In this document: one piece after another, positions 36,760 through 49,055 of the stretch
Layout of the letters: each line of letters opens with the position of its first letter
Numbering within the stretch: the stretch's first letter is position 1
Source of the DNA: Podarcis melisellensis
Taxonomy: Eukaryota
DNA length: 64,000 nucleotides
Strand: one strand, 5' to 3'
NCBI GenBank assembly: GCA_964234715.1
Contig: OZ174283.1
Translations under genes and position numbers: made by a program
Notes under the pieces: model-generated
Database searches by the model: none
What the model was told of the DNA's origin: nothing
What the model saw: only the letters and a program-made list of their open reading frames with translations

Positions 36760-38616
36760 TTCTTTTTTTTTATAAAATTTTTATTGGGTTTTCACATTTT
36801 TTATAAACAAACACACACACAAATACAAAACAAAACATATCTAATTTCATCCCTTACTTTCTTTACCTTCTTTCCTTGACTTCCCCGCACCCCCCCTTCC
36901 CACATCCCAATTTCATTAATTAACTCAGCAAGTTATTGCCTCTCCTCTCTAATATATTATTATTATTATCTGTTCTTAAAATTTAACACTTTTTATTAGG
37001 CCCAATTTTACTTATCCAATTTTTACACGTTAGCTCCTTTCCCTAAGGTCGACCTAAATTCTCTCCCACGAATTCCTCCCTTTTTATGTTAAACAAAAAC
37101 ATATCCAAATTCATAAATCATAAATCATAAATTTTTACTATTCTACTCTCCCCCTCCCTCCCTGACCCGGTTTCTGTCCCTTCCCAACCCAATGTCCTAA
37201 AAAGACAGTTTTAGCCTGGATTTCTCACGTCTGAGGCTCTTAGGCCCCAGTTAGTCTCTCTCCGTCGGTTTTGTTGGTAGTCTTTCTTGTTGGCCTTCAA
37301 TTCTCGAAGGAGTTGTGTCACAGGCCCCCCATACTTTCCTCCCTCCAAATCAGTCAGAAGCAATTGCAGCCAAGGATCAGCCAGTCTCCCATACTCAAAC
37401 TTGAAGAAGCAGTCCCAGTCATGCTTATTTGTTCTTTTGTATTCCAATATTTCGGATATTCCAGGGGCTTCTTCCTTTGTCTTTCTCTCCTTTTGCAGTT
37501 TTATAATCCACTGGTCGTCTTCTTTATTTCCTTTGTTTCCTGAAGCTGCAGGCTTTTGGTTAATACTTTCCATCTGAACTTCCTCTCCTTCTTCTTCTTC
37601 TTTTCCCCCCATTTCCAAGGCTGTCTCTTCTGTTTCAGCTGCCAGGTTTTTTTCCACCCACTTTATGTCATCAGCAGAGTTACTCAATTTAAGGTTCAAG
37701 GTCGTAAGCTGTTTGTTCATATCCGCACTCTGCTCTTGTAAGATTCCCACGAGAAAGAACATCCTTTCTATCTCTGCCAGTAATTTTCCTTCTGCAGCCA
37801 TTGCAATATCTTTAGTTCCCTCCAGGGGGATTACCAATCCAATAGTTCTTTTCCAACAATCCGTTACTTTGTTATTCAAAATTACTTTGTTTCCAATCAG
37901 TTCAGTTTTAATGTAACACCTTTAATCCAAAAAGATATTAAGTATCACAGTTCCAGACTTTGACCGCCCGTTTGACAGCTCTTTTGACAGCTGTCAAACC
38001 TTTTGCTCTTTTTCCTCGGGCTCACACGCAGGGCGCTCCCGGGTCCAAAAAAAGGGGGGGGATTACACAAAAGCTTCTAAAATTCCTCTCTTCCTCTCCA
38101 GCACAATAACTTTTTAATCCAATTCGTGCAAGTTATCTGTCTAAACGCAAAAGTCTTTCCACCTTAGTGCTCCTCTCCTTGCTTTAAATCCTTTTGTGGG
38201 GGGGGGGGGGAGTGTGGACTTCCTTTTAACACATCCCCCGATCGTACTCCAATCAAGAATAAAACTTTAGTGCCGAAATTTCATTTTACTCACGGGTTCT
38301 TTGTTTCAGTCCAAATTTCAAGAAGAAAGACAGCGCTCTCCTGCCATGGCTCGCGGCTTCGCTCCGCTGAGGTAGCGATCTACTCTCAGCACCACGCCAC
38401 TCTCCGGTCCTCTCCGTAGCCTTTAAAAAGGCTCTTCGGGGGTCGGGGAGGGCGCTTGAGGTGCCCACCGAGTCACCAGGTCCGCAGGCTTCCGCGCCTG
38501 CGGTTTCTGAGGGTCCCCGTGTCGCCGGCACGGCAAGACCCGTCCTCAGCAGAGCCGATTCCCTCCGGAGCTCGGAGGGAATCCGCCATTAGCCGTTCGT
38601 GCTATCCCGGAAGTCC
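36760..38616 (-). mobile_element. Full-length non-autonomous L1-dependent retroposon (HAL1-like) with a single ORF
   Basis: Perfect 16-bp TSD tagtgttatccatgtc (36744-36759 and 38617-38632); 5' end ggacttccgg with a CpG-rich 5' UTR; aataaa and A-tail; no endonuclease or RT. Confidence 0.85.
37211..37801 (-). CDS. 196-aa coiled-coil/acidic protein encoded by the retroposon
   Basis: First ATG at 37801 in a strong Kozak context (gcaATGG); open to TAA at 37211; heptad-rich N-terminus and an acidic EEEEGEE tract. The ORF-track start at 37879 is TTG. Confidence 0.6.
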   Translation of the reverse strand: MAAEGKLLAEIERMFFLVGILQEQSADMNKQLTTLNLKLSNSADDIKWVEKNLAAETEETALEMGGKEEEEGEEVQMESINQKPAASGNKGNKEDDQWIIKLQKERKTKEEAPGISEILEYKRTNKHDWDCFFKFEYGRLADPWLQLLLTDLEGGKYGGPVTQLLRELKANKKDYQQNRRRETNWGLRASDVRNPG

Positions 38617-38776
38617 TAGTGTTATCCATGTCGAGTGGCTTCATTGCCTCTCTATAAACAAACTGAATGTTCTACACTACATAGCAACAGAGTTCAGTGT
38701 GACCCATTTTGTGAGTGGGAAAGCTTAATATCAGAGCCTGCTCAGCTTGGGTATGTAACTCACGTTGCCATGTACC

Positions 38777-39256
38777 TGTCAGTGACTGGGCAGAGGAGGA
38801 ATGGTGGAGACCTCCTCCTCATCCTGACCCTTTCAGGAAAGAGGAAGATGAAGACATTATAGCTTTGCAACAGGGGTTCAAGGGAGGTTGCAGCTCAGAG
38901 GCAGACGAGGGGGAAAGCTAGGAAATCATGGAAGAGCTAGAAAAACACCCAGGTGACACATTGTCATTAGAAAGCATTCCAGACCCTCCATCTCCCAGAA
39001 CCCAGTGAGCCTTAAAAGTAGGAGAGCAAAGAGCTCAAAGACAGAGGACATGTAGCAGTCCCCATAGAAGAGCTGATGAGAATGATGAATGAGGAAGTGG
39101 GAGAGACAGGGGGTGGAGATTCACTCGGGACAACACCATTATCCAAGAGGCTAGGTTCTATTGCCTCTCTCTGTAAAGATTGAAATAAAAAAGGACTGTA
39201 AGAAACCTTTCCTTGCCATTATGCTTTCCTGGGCAACCAGCCTGGAGCTGCTGACA
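38777..39256 (+). mobile_element. Solo LTR (Gypsy-like)
   Basis: tgtcag...ctgaca termini; 5-bp TSD gtacc/gtatc; aataaa near 39184. Confidence 0.8.
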
Positions 39257-39996
39257 GTATCATGACAGTACCACAGTTGGAAGGTGGCTGGGAGGATAGG
39301 AGAAAAACAAAAGAGTCAAGGAGCATCACATCTTTTCTCATACCAATAATACCAACTGAGGCTCTGGGAACGGGGCACATCAGAAGTCATCTATCACATG
39401 TTAATCTATGTCTTGAACCCCACAAAGTTATTTCCTCCTCCAAAGTGCTCCAGGGAGCCTGTCCCAAAGTTTTACACATATAATAGCCTAAACAAGAGTT
39501 TTAGATTTCCAGCATAAACTCAAGTTTATATTCAGGCATTCTTTTCTCCCCAGGCTTCTTGAATTTAAATATGTTCACCTGCTTTGCTGTCAGCCCCTCA
39601 GATGTACTTGCAGAATGCAATCATATCATTTCTCGCATTCACTGTTTAACACTAAACATGTCAATCACAGCTTTGGTCAACACATTAACTCCCTGAGCTA
39701 TTTTTGAGACATAAGCTGAAGACAAATGGGTGGGCTTGTAAGATACATTTGGGGGGAGAGAGGGAAGTGTGCCTGCTTTCATAAAAGTATGTTTTGACAT
39801 ATAACGGCATGCATTGGATTAAGATGACCTTTGTCATGTTGTGGTGCAATAATGGTTTAAAATAATGCACTGGTAGCTCCTCTCCCAAAACTATACAAAA
39901 GGTATGGATGTAAGAAGGCTTCCCATTATGCCCTTTATTCATCACATGTAGTATTGTTTCAGTTCCACTACAGCTTCTCTTCTGCCCAAAGAAGTC

Positions 39997-40068
39997 AGAA
40001 TTTGGATTCAAGATGACCTAAACAAATTGGAGGACTGGGCCAAAACTAATGAAATGAATGTCAATAGG
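39997..40068 (+). mobile_element. Short CR1 RT fragment
   Basis: Translates RIWIQDDLNKLEDWAKTNEMNVNR, matching the CR1 IQ.DL..LE.WA..N.M.FN motif. Confidence 0.7.
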
Positions 40069-42396
40069 TTGGCTATTAAAATGTACACAGATATCTCTCT
40101 GAGGTGCTGCAATTCTAAGCCTGTTCACTTGAAAGTAAGTTTCTCTGAAATCAACAGAATTTTCAAGTAGACACAGCTAGGATTGGACTGTAAAGCTTAT
40201 CATGAAGGAAGGGTCAAGAATTTGAATCTCAGAAATCCAGACCTTGTAGATGTGCTTGTTCATATTGGGTGTTCACTGCTATACTATAAACTCTGGCTCA
40301 ATTACTGTAAAACAGGCAATGCTTTTTCCTTTTGTGAGGTATTAGAGAGAGGTTCTGCTCCATGGGTAATAATCACAGCAGCTAATGCACAGTACATTAA
40401 CATTCAGAGGAAGTCCTAGAAAGGATTAGACCCATTGTCCTTTTTTTCTGAGAGGAGCATCCTACCCAAGGAGGAATTAAAAATAGCTGTGCCAGCTCCT
40501 TAATTACATCCAGTTGCCTTTCCTCATGGGGCTTGAGAAACAAGAACACATATTGTTCTTCTTCAAAAGCCCAACATTGCTGGAAAGTCAGGTCTGTGAT
40601 TTTGACAAGATATTCCTTCTCCAGTGATAACTGAGATGATCACTTTTACTGAGTAAGGTCACAGGTTTGGCACAATGAAGAGGACATCAGACCTCCTGCA
40701 CTATGAAGAGAAGCAGGAGAGAGACAAGATGGCAGGACTTATCCAGATTTCCTTTTGGGAGCTCTCTGTTTCACTGACAGGCCTTCCCAAGGACAGATCT
40801 TTCATTTCCTGACAGCTCTGAAGCCACTGCTCACATTCCCCCTAAATCAACATAAAGAGATTATTTGGAAGCGCAAAACATTGGCATTCTTTGCCATTCA
40901 TTTGCTGAGTATCACCCACAAATGTTGTAAGGTCTGACTGAAGAGGCTAGTGTTGCCAAATGATATCCAAGCATCCTTCATGTGATTTTAATAGCAGCTT
41001 GATCTGCAGAAACCAGCCAGTGAAGCTTTTCGCAGTGTGGGGATAAATGCAGTCTAATGCTATCATCTTCAGACAAGCAGCTGCAAAAGCATGACGAATA
41101 ACTGCACTCTGTTCATTTACAAATAGTCCAGTCTCTAGATTGTTCTCTCCCTCTTTTCCCTTAGACTAGAAGAAACTTTGCTGTAGAGTAGTTATTCATG
41201 GTCCTTGAATGCAGCATAGAATCTATGTATTACTTTAGTGGGACATCTTGATTCTGTGGAGCCTAACACAGATTTTATGGATCACACTAGCCGACATTCC
41301 AGTCATGTGGAGCCCTTGCACGCTAGCAAGTACTTGTGGCTTGTAATTTCTCTGCAGTCAACCATGCACAACTATGCATCAGAAAATATCATTTTTGCAT
41401 ATTTATAGGCACTGAGTGTTGAGTGTCTTCAATAAACAGTGTTTCTTGTATGACTGTAACTCAGAAAAATTGACATGTCCCTACAGAATATAGAGCAGAT
41501 CAGACACTATATATCTAAGTGGGCCATAAGCCAAGTCAGTGGATCAGTCCAGTAGGGAATGTCTAACCAAGGAGCAAATTAAAACCCAAAAGCAGAGTCA
41601 GAAAGAAGGCAAAATCCTGGAGCAACAATTTTGGATGAACACATCGAGGAAGTCAGGAATGCAGCATAATTAACCAGCCTGCATACAGTTGCCTCCTACA
41701 GTCGTTTGGCTTCTTGGGTATGATTTCCACAACTGCCAAAATACAGGTGGAACAAGCAGGGTTTGGACTGATCGGCTCTTGCAGATAGGATCAGAGCCTG
41801 AATTCTTAAACTATGAGATGCACCTTCCTAGAAGGTACACAGACTCCTCTAAACCTTCCCAGTGAGTGGTTACCAGGTCAGGATACAAAGTTGTAACTAG
41901 TACTTCAGTACAAGATGGGGGGTAATGTCCCAATCGTGTAGCACAACACTCATTCAGGATGTCAATACATCAACTATCTTTCCTTTATTGGTAAGGCAAT
42001 TTCCCTATCAAGGAAGATGAGCCAACATGAAGCATGGTGATTTTCTAAGATGACAGACAAATAGACAGATAGATTTTTTTTTGTCATATAATTTGTAGCC
42101 CATCATACTAGCAATGTCCTAATCAATAAATGGCAGCAGTGGCTTCTAAAGTTTGCTTTGCATAATTACATTTAAACTACCCATTATCCTATTGTGGTGG
42201 GCGGAGGGACACATCAATCTTTTCAGGGAGCAAAGTGGTGCATACAAAGCATCAAAGACCCAAAGGAGCAAAGACACTCACTAAAATTACATGCCTTTTT
42301 TATAAATAAAAAAAAAGCATACTGGAAAGCAGAGACAAGTATGACTGGTGGGCTTGATCAGAATTAAATACCTACTCTAGCTGGGTATTACTACAG

Positions 42397-42521
42397 CATC
42401 GTTCCACAACTTGGTGCCCTCCAGGTATTTTGAACTCCCAGCAGCCTCAGCTAGAATGGCGAATGGGATGATGGGGGCTGTAGTTCAAAACATATTGAGG
42501 GCACCAGGTTGGGGAAGGCTG
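42397..42521. mobile_element. Palindromic hAT MITE (cagccttccccaac-type terminus)
   Basis: ggtgccctccagg...gagggcaccaggttggggaaggctg; similar copy at 52093-52240. Confidence 0.7.
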
Positions 42522-42923
42522 CCCTAGAGGATGGAAGCACTAGAAAGATAGCACAGGATCCATTGAACACAATAATTCCTAAAGTGCATGCTGGGGCTTA
42601 CTCACACACCCCCCCCCATGCTTTCTAATAATCAGGAGAGAATGAGGTATTCATTTAGTCGGCTTTTCACCGAAGAGCAACCCAAACTTGTGTTCTCAAA
42701 GTTGCTTGTGGATGAGAAGACAACGCCAAATCAGAATATTCACTTTTATGTATTTTGCAATGCAGTTTTGGTGTGGAAAAAAATTGCTCACAAAATATAT
42801 ATTTTATATTTTTAAAAGCGTACAAACTGCATATTTTTAAGGGGAAAGGCAATGAAAAACGTTGAAATGTATGGGGGGAATCACATTTAATGTAAAAAGT
42901 TCATACCAAATGGATTGCAAATA

Positions 42924-43149
42924 CAGTGGTACCTTGGGTTACATACACTTCAGGTTACAGACTCCGCTAACCCAGAAATAGTGCTTCAGGTTAAGAACTT
43001 TGCTTCAGGATGAGAACAGAAATCATGCTCCAGTGGTGAGGCAGCAACGGGAGGCCCCATTAGCTAAAGTGGTGCTTCAGGTTAAGCACAGTTTCAGGTT
43101 AAGAACAGACCTCCGGAACAAATTAAGTACTTAACCCGAGGTACCACTG
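42924..43149. mobile_element. Tc1/pogo MITE nested in an AT-rich DNA element (about 42633-43290)
   Basis: TA-cagtggtacctt...gaggtaccactg-TA. Confidence 0.92.
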
Positions 43150-45224
43150 TACTATAAATGTGGACTTTTCATGCACTGTTGTTTTTGTTTTTTTTTTAAG
43201 AAAACTGACCAAAATGGGATGGAAAGGACCTACAATTCAGTACCAGCAGAACTTCAATGGAATGGGATTAGGCTAAACTATCTGCCCTACTAATCATGTG
43301 GGAGGTTTTATTATCTGAAAAATGACTTATACTTCCAATTGTAAACCAGAAATTAAAAAACTCTCAAAAGTGGGGGAAACACTGATGACCTACGAACATG
43401 CAAGAGAGCAGCCTAACACAGCAAAGTCCATTGAGCTACACTGATCCCCACCAGTGGGGACAAAATGAAAACCAGAGAGACATGTGACCTTTGCCAGCTA
43501 CAGCCAGCAGGTCTTTTGCACAGCAACCTTTGAGCAATGGAAGTTTCATGATGCACATTTCCTACAAAAGGAGGATCTGAGCAGTGAAAGGGATTTCAAC
43601 AATTTAAGGGTGTGCAAAAATCGATAGCTTGCCCCCACAGTTGGTTCACCTAGCTACAGGGCGAAGTAAAAACCTACTCTGGGGCATTGTAATGATGAGT
43701 TACTGCCATGCATCAAACTTTATCACCCCTCTGCAGCTCCCAATCATCCGAATGCACCCACAGAGAGGCACTTTCAGCAGATTGTGTAATTCCCTCTCCC
43801 TTGAGACTTATCAAAGCCCAAGCCAGAACATCCATTTGATGCCATATAAGGCATTATTACTTAGACTTAAGCTGTGGGGGTCTGGTGTTTCAAGGCACCA
43901 CAATTGGTTTAATTGTCAAACTTCCCTTAATTGATTCTAATTTTGTGGGTATGTCTCTGTCTCTCTGTGTGTGATATTTATAATGGGTGCGGGATCTGTA
44001 GGAAATTTGAATTTAAAAAACCTTGGATCATGCTCAAAAGATTTCACCCTTGTCTCTGAAATGGAGTATTAAAAGCTTTTCTTGCTCCTTTGGAGGGCTC
44101 TGGGTTCTCACCCACTCACTAAAAGTTCATGACACAGGGTGTGCACAGTTTATGGTGTGGCCAAGGGTGCTCCCAGAGCTCCATTTAATTCCTGGTGTTC
44201 CCCAGCCCTTTGATGCCCCCCATTAGAGTCCAGCGTAAAGCAAGGTTGCAAGGTGCAAATTTTCCAATATTTTTTCAGAAAGCAGTATAAGTACGGTACA
44301 TTTTCAGATTTAAGCCACAGAGTGAGAGCTTCTTAGAGCCCTTGAAAATAATATTTTTAAAAAACCATTTGTTCCTTTTATACCTACTTAGTAAGAAGTG
44401 CTATTTTTAGATCAAAGAAGGAAGGAAGGAAGCAAGATGGGAGGTTGGATTGCTGAAGGGGCAGAGTTAAGGCAATCTAACAACCCTAAGAGTGAATTTC
44501 AAATGTCTGGGATTATTGTATGCTTAGACTTCACTCTGAATTTCCATGGTGGTTCACAGTCGATGTGCTTTTTCAAAGCATTTCCTTTCTTACCTTTAGG
44601 TTCAGGCACAGTATATGTTCTCTGGCTTCATTCCAGCATTGGAAGCCACTTGACAGAACCCTGTGATCAAGCTTCACTGCCTTCTGCTCTGTGAACCCCA
44701 CCCAGAATGCACTGCACAATTTGAGACACTCAGAGAGGAATCTGAAAGTGGCAGAGACTAAACTGGAAAGTTCTGGGACTGGTATCTTTGCCGGGCTATT
44801 TCCCTGTGCTGGAAAAGAAGGTCTTTGCAAGATCTTTTCATACAAGCAGAGCATACAAAGGCAGCAGGTAGACTTCTAAAGCAGGCAGTGTAACCTCTAG
44901 TCCCTGCACCTGATTCCAGAAGATCCACAGCTGCAACAGCCTATGTAGCTAATTCTAGCTAAACTCCCAGCTCTGAATTTAAATATTCCTTTCTCTCTCT
45001 GACCCAATTCAAACTGCTGCTTCTTTATTTTCTGCCATGCCCAAACACAGAAATACCACTGCTGGCAGAGTGCCCATTCAGGAAAGCACTATTTAATTTT
45101 TGAGGGATCTTCCTTTACCATTCCTGAGCAATGCCACCCTTTGCAGCTTTGGCCAAGACATATGAAGATATATGAAGCAATGTTATCAGGGCTGTCACCC
45201 AATTAAAGGGATCTGGCTAGATTA

Positions 45225-45592
45225 AGGTAAAGGTAAAGGGACCTTTGACTGTTAAGTCCAGTCGCAGACGACTCTGGGGTTACGGCACTCATCTTGCTTT
45301 ACTAGCCGAGGGAGCTGGTGTTTTGTCCGCAGACAGCTTTCCGGGTCATGTGGCCAGCATGACTAAGCCGCTTCTGGTGAACCAGAGCAGCACACAGAAA
45401 CGCCGTTTATCTTCCCCTCCGGAGCAGTACCTATTTATCTACTTGCACTTTGACGTGCTTTCGAACTGCTAGGTTGGCAGGAGCTGGGACCAAGCAATGG
45501 GAGCTCACCCCGTTGCGGGGATTCGAACTGCCGACCTTCTGATCGGCAAGCCTTAGGCTCTGTGGTTTAGACCACAGCACCATCCACGTCCC
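45225..45592 (-). mobile_element. Full-length Sauria SINE
   Basis: (aaggta)n tail, tRNA-derived head with B box (reverse of ggattcgaac), body gggtcatgtggccagcatgact; TSD ctagatta. Confidence 0.93.
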
Positions 45593-45837
45593 AACTAGAT
45601 TACCTGCCTTAAATTGTTTAAGACTCAGTCTGTTATTATCTGTTGCTGAAGCAACATTTGAGCCTGGAGTCTATGATTCTTTAGCGCATCCGGAGCTGTC
45701 CATGGTACTATCTGAATTCTTAACTCCTACCCTGCCTTTCTCTGCAGATCTTCCTATACATTACTGGAACCCAGAGCTTGTTTTATCTTGACTTTCTTGA
45801 TCCTGCTATGCCTTGCTAAAATGAAGTAAATCCAGGA

Positions 45838-46306
45838 TAGGGATGGGCAAATCTGTCAATTCTGGTTTCTTGTTTTCTCCTTTTTCCTGCCTTAGTTCCA
45901 GTTCTCCACATTTCCATATCACTTTGCAACTTTCAGCATTTTAGGGTGAAGCTTTTCTGATATACATATTTTTGCAAACAACTTTCCCTAAAATAATGCA
46001 TTCGTGCATGTAATGTTCACTAATATATGCTCCTTAATGCACATTTCCCCCCAAAGGATGCATTTGTTTACAGGTAGGTAGCCATGTTGGTCTGCCGTAG
46101 TCGAAACAAAACAAAACAAATCCTTCCAGTAGCACCTTAGAGATCAACTAAGTTTGTTATTGGCATGGAGAACTTCATTGCAAAATTCAAAGAAGTATGA
46201 ATTTCAAACGATATCTTCATTTGGGTTCCTATATTGTTTCAGGACTCGCAAATCGAAGAGTTTTGCATTAAAATGCTAATGAAAGGAAATTTCTCCTTCA
46301 TCCCTA
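45838..46306 (-). mobile_element. AT-rich hAT-like element with a nested Penelope fragment
   Basis: tagggatg / catcccta termini; imperfect 8-bp TSD atccagga/acccagaa. Confidence 0.7.
46071..46167. mobile_element. Penelope-like element terminal fragment
   Basis: caggtaggtagccatgttggtctgccgtagtcgaaac...ccagtagcaccttagagatcaactaagtttg resembles the reptile Penelope pseudo-LTR. Confidence 0.7.
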
Positions 46307-48367
46307 ACCCAGAATGATGGCAATGCTCTCTGGTTATGTTAAACCTCCTAACAAAATGTGTGCTAGACTTTCAGCATCACCCAAATCTTGATGAAGAGAG
46401 ATCAGCAACATTTGTAACATCCTGAGTAACTCCTCCCCTCTCACCTTAAAGCCCCACTGAGCCAGAAGAAAACCTCTTTTGTTGCTGCCAACTCTTTGCC
46501 ATTGAAAATTTGTAAGGTGTCACCTTGTCCCAGTGAAATCAGAAAACTACTCTGAAAAGAATTTAATCAAACTGATGGAAGCCTGCTAGAATCTACCCCG
46601 CCAACCTAGAAATACATTCATTCTGTCAAAGGCCCATCTCAAACATTTTGTTTATGCTGACTTTGAAAATGCTGGAAGCCTATCTCTTTACAGATGCAGC
46701 ACAATTAAATTTAGAATCATGGGGAAAGGAAGGCAAAACAAAAAACAAACAGACACTAATGCTACCATACAATGGTGAATTTGCAAACCCAGATAAGATT
46801 TACTAGCAGCAAAGGGAGCCTGGTTCTGTCAGCAGGCATAAAGGAATTATATAGTCAATTCCTATTGAAATTAAATAACATTTTTGGGTGTCTTGAGTTG
46901 CTCTCAATAGCTTTGTTGTTATTTAGTGACAGGTTTTGCATACACAACATTTATCATGTGGAGAAGTTGGTATGAAATTAGGCAGTGAATTATTATACCA
47001 ACAAGCAATTGTCTTTAACATGAAAAATGACATCATAACTATTGATATGAAATAAACACTAGCAGAGGCTTGAAAATATTTCAGATACATTTTTAAAAGG
47101 GGGGGGGGAGTTTGCTGTAAAAAAAAAAATGGATCCACATTACAATTAGGCAAAGGTAAGTTAGAGGTTATTTTGGTTCTGTTATCCACTCAAAAAGGGA
47201 GCCTGGAATTGATTGTATAAAATCAATTGATTGATCATTATGTATTTATTGTTTATTTTTAAGGGTTCTGTTTACCCCAACTGATAATACTAGGTTATGC
47301 TGTCGTTAAGAGTGCTACTTGATAGCCGGATTCTGAAATCCCTTTCAGAATCACTCGGGGTGTCCCACATTTTAATGTTACATGGTATAACATGGAGTAA
47401 ATGTGGTATCATTATTGGACTATGACGGGGGAGATCTCAATTGCCATCCAGATGCAACTGCAAAGCTCAAGAGGCTAGGTGAGGTCATTGTTTGAGGGCA
47501 GCAGCTGGGAGGAGTGGTAGGTTCAGCCTCCATAGATTGTGCCGCTTGACACCTCCTCTTTGTCTGTAACCCATGTCCCACCACCCTCTTCATCTGCCTA
47601 GTCTCCTTTCCCTCATCTGCTGCCTTCAGCATGCCACAGCTTCCCCAGGCCACCTCCCGTCTTCTCAGGTTGTGGTGGTGGTTGCAGTGGCTGCAGAGTG
47701 GATGTGGAGGAGGAGGCAGGAAGGAAGAAGAGGAGGGAGGTGCCACATTTTCAGTTCTACCTCAAGCAGCAAAACACTCTGGGCCAGGCGCTAACCTCCT
47801 TAACAGGGTTGTTATGAGGATAAAATAGAGGAAGGAAGGAGAACCATGCATGTGGCTTTCAGGTCGTTGAAATAAACGTACAGTATAATGTTAACAAGAA
47901 CAACCACAGTATTACAGCCTCTTGATCCACTTCTGCTGGATACCAATCTTCTAAGGTAGGGCTAACATGAACATTATCCACAGTGAGAGGGCAACCCTAG
48001 CAGCTGATTTGGGGTATCGTGAAAAGACAGCAAATTATTTAATTTATTATTGCTTTACTGCCACAGAGGGCGGGGGTGGGATTTTCTGCTTCAGCTGCCT
48101 GGATAGCTTAAGAACATAACAACATCAAAAGAGCCCTGCTGGATCTGATGAAAGACCCTTCTAATGCAGCATCCTGCTCACAGGAGCCAATGAGATGCCC
48201 GTGGCAAGCCCACGAGCAGAATTTGAACACAAGAGCACTCTCCTGTAACAGGTATTCAAAGGCATACTGCTTCTGACACAGGAGGTACATAGCCAATATG
48301 ACTAGAAGTTGATAGTTGTATCCACCATGAATTTGTCTGAATACATTTCAAAGCCTTCCAAGTTGGT

Positions 48368-49055
48368 TGTCAGGGTGATATGTTTATCTCCTCACTGTGA
48401 TCAACACTTCACACCTGTTGACGTTTTTATGGTCTTTATTTACAAGTATTTACAAAAGGCATCATGAGCTAATCACCATTAGTCCGAGTCCGTTGATTCA
48501 GATACCGCCAATGACTTCTGCCCCCTCCTCCAGCACCTGAAGTGGGGGAACTTTGCGACTCTTCTTTGGCCCTGCCTTTTCCCTCTCCTCCATGAGCTGA
48601 CGTAAATCTCCCTCCTGGGAGGCTGCAGGCTCACATGCCACTTCTTCCTGGTTCCCTGCATTTACAGACTCGTAACACTTCACTGCTGGGCCCTGCTCCC
48701 CCCTCCTGTGTATGGTGTAGTGGTGTAGTGGTTAAGAGCAGTAGACTCGTAATCTGGTGAACCGGGTTCACGTCTCCGCTCCTCCACATGCAGCTGCTGG
48801 GTGACCTTGGGCTAGACACACTTCTTTGAAGTCTCTCAACCCCACTCACCTCACAGAGTGTTTGTTGTGGGGGAGGAAGGGAAAGGAGAATATTAGCCAC
48901 TTTGAGGCTCCTCAGGGTAGTGATAAAGTGGGATATCATATCCAAACTCTTCTTCTTCTTCCTCTGCAGACACACATATTTCTGCTGCTTCTAGCCCTTG
49001 CCCAACGCTCTCTTCCATGTCAGGGAACTCTGAGTGTTCTGACTCTGCCCTGACA
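48368..49055 (-). mobile_element. Solo LTR (Gypsy-like) containing a SINE
   Basis: tgtcaggg / ccctgaca termini; perfect 5-bp TSD ttggt; tttatt near the left end. Confidence 0.85.
48713..48960 (+). mobile_element. Squam3-type (Ther1/MIR-derived CORE) SINE
   Basis: tggtgtagtggttaagagc A box; gctgggtgaccttgggc CORE; (ctt)n tail. Confidence 0.88.

Noticed and set aside
41450-41970. Possible old LTR (also 57590-57960 and 3690-4150)
   Set aside because: LTR-like feel only; no termini or TSD could be fixed.
46071-46167. Hammerhead ribozyme expected in a Penelope pseudo-LTR
   Set aside because: The fragment ends before the CUGAnGA...GAAA core. Other ctgatga/ctgaaga hits I checked (e.g. 3581, 3849, 53003) lack stem II plus GAAA.
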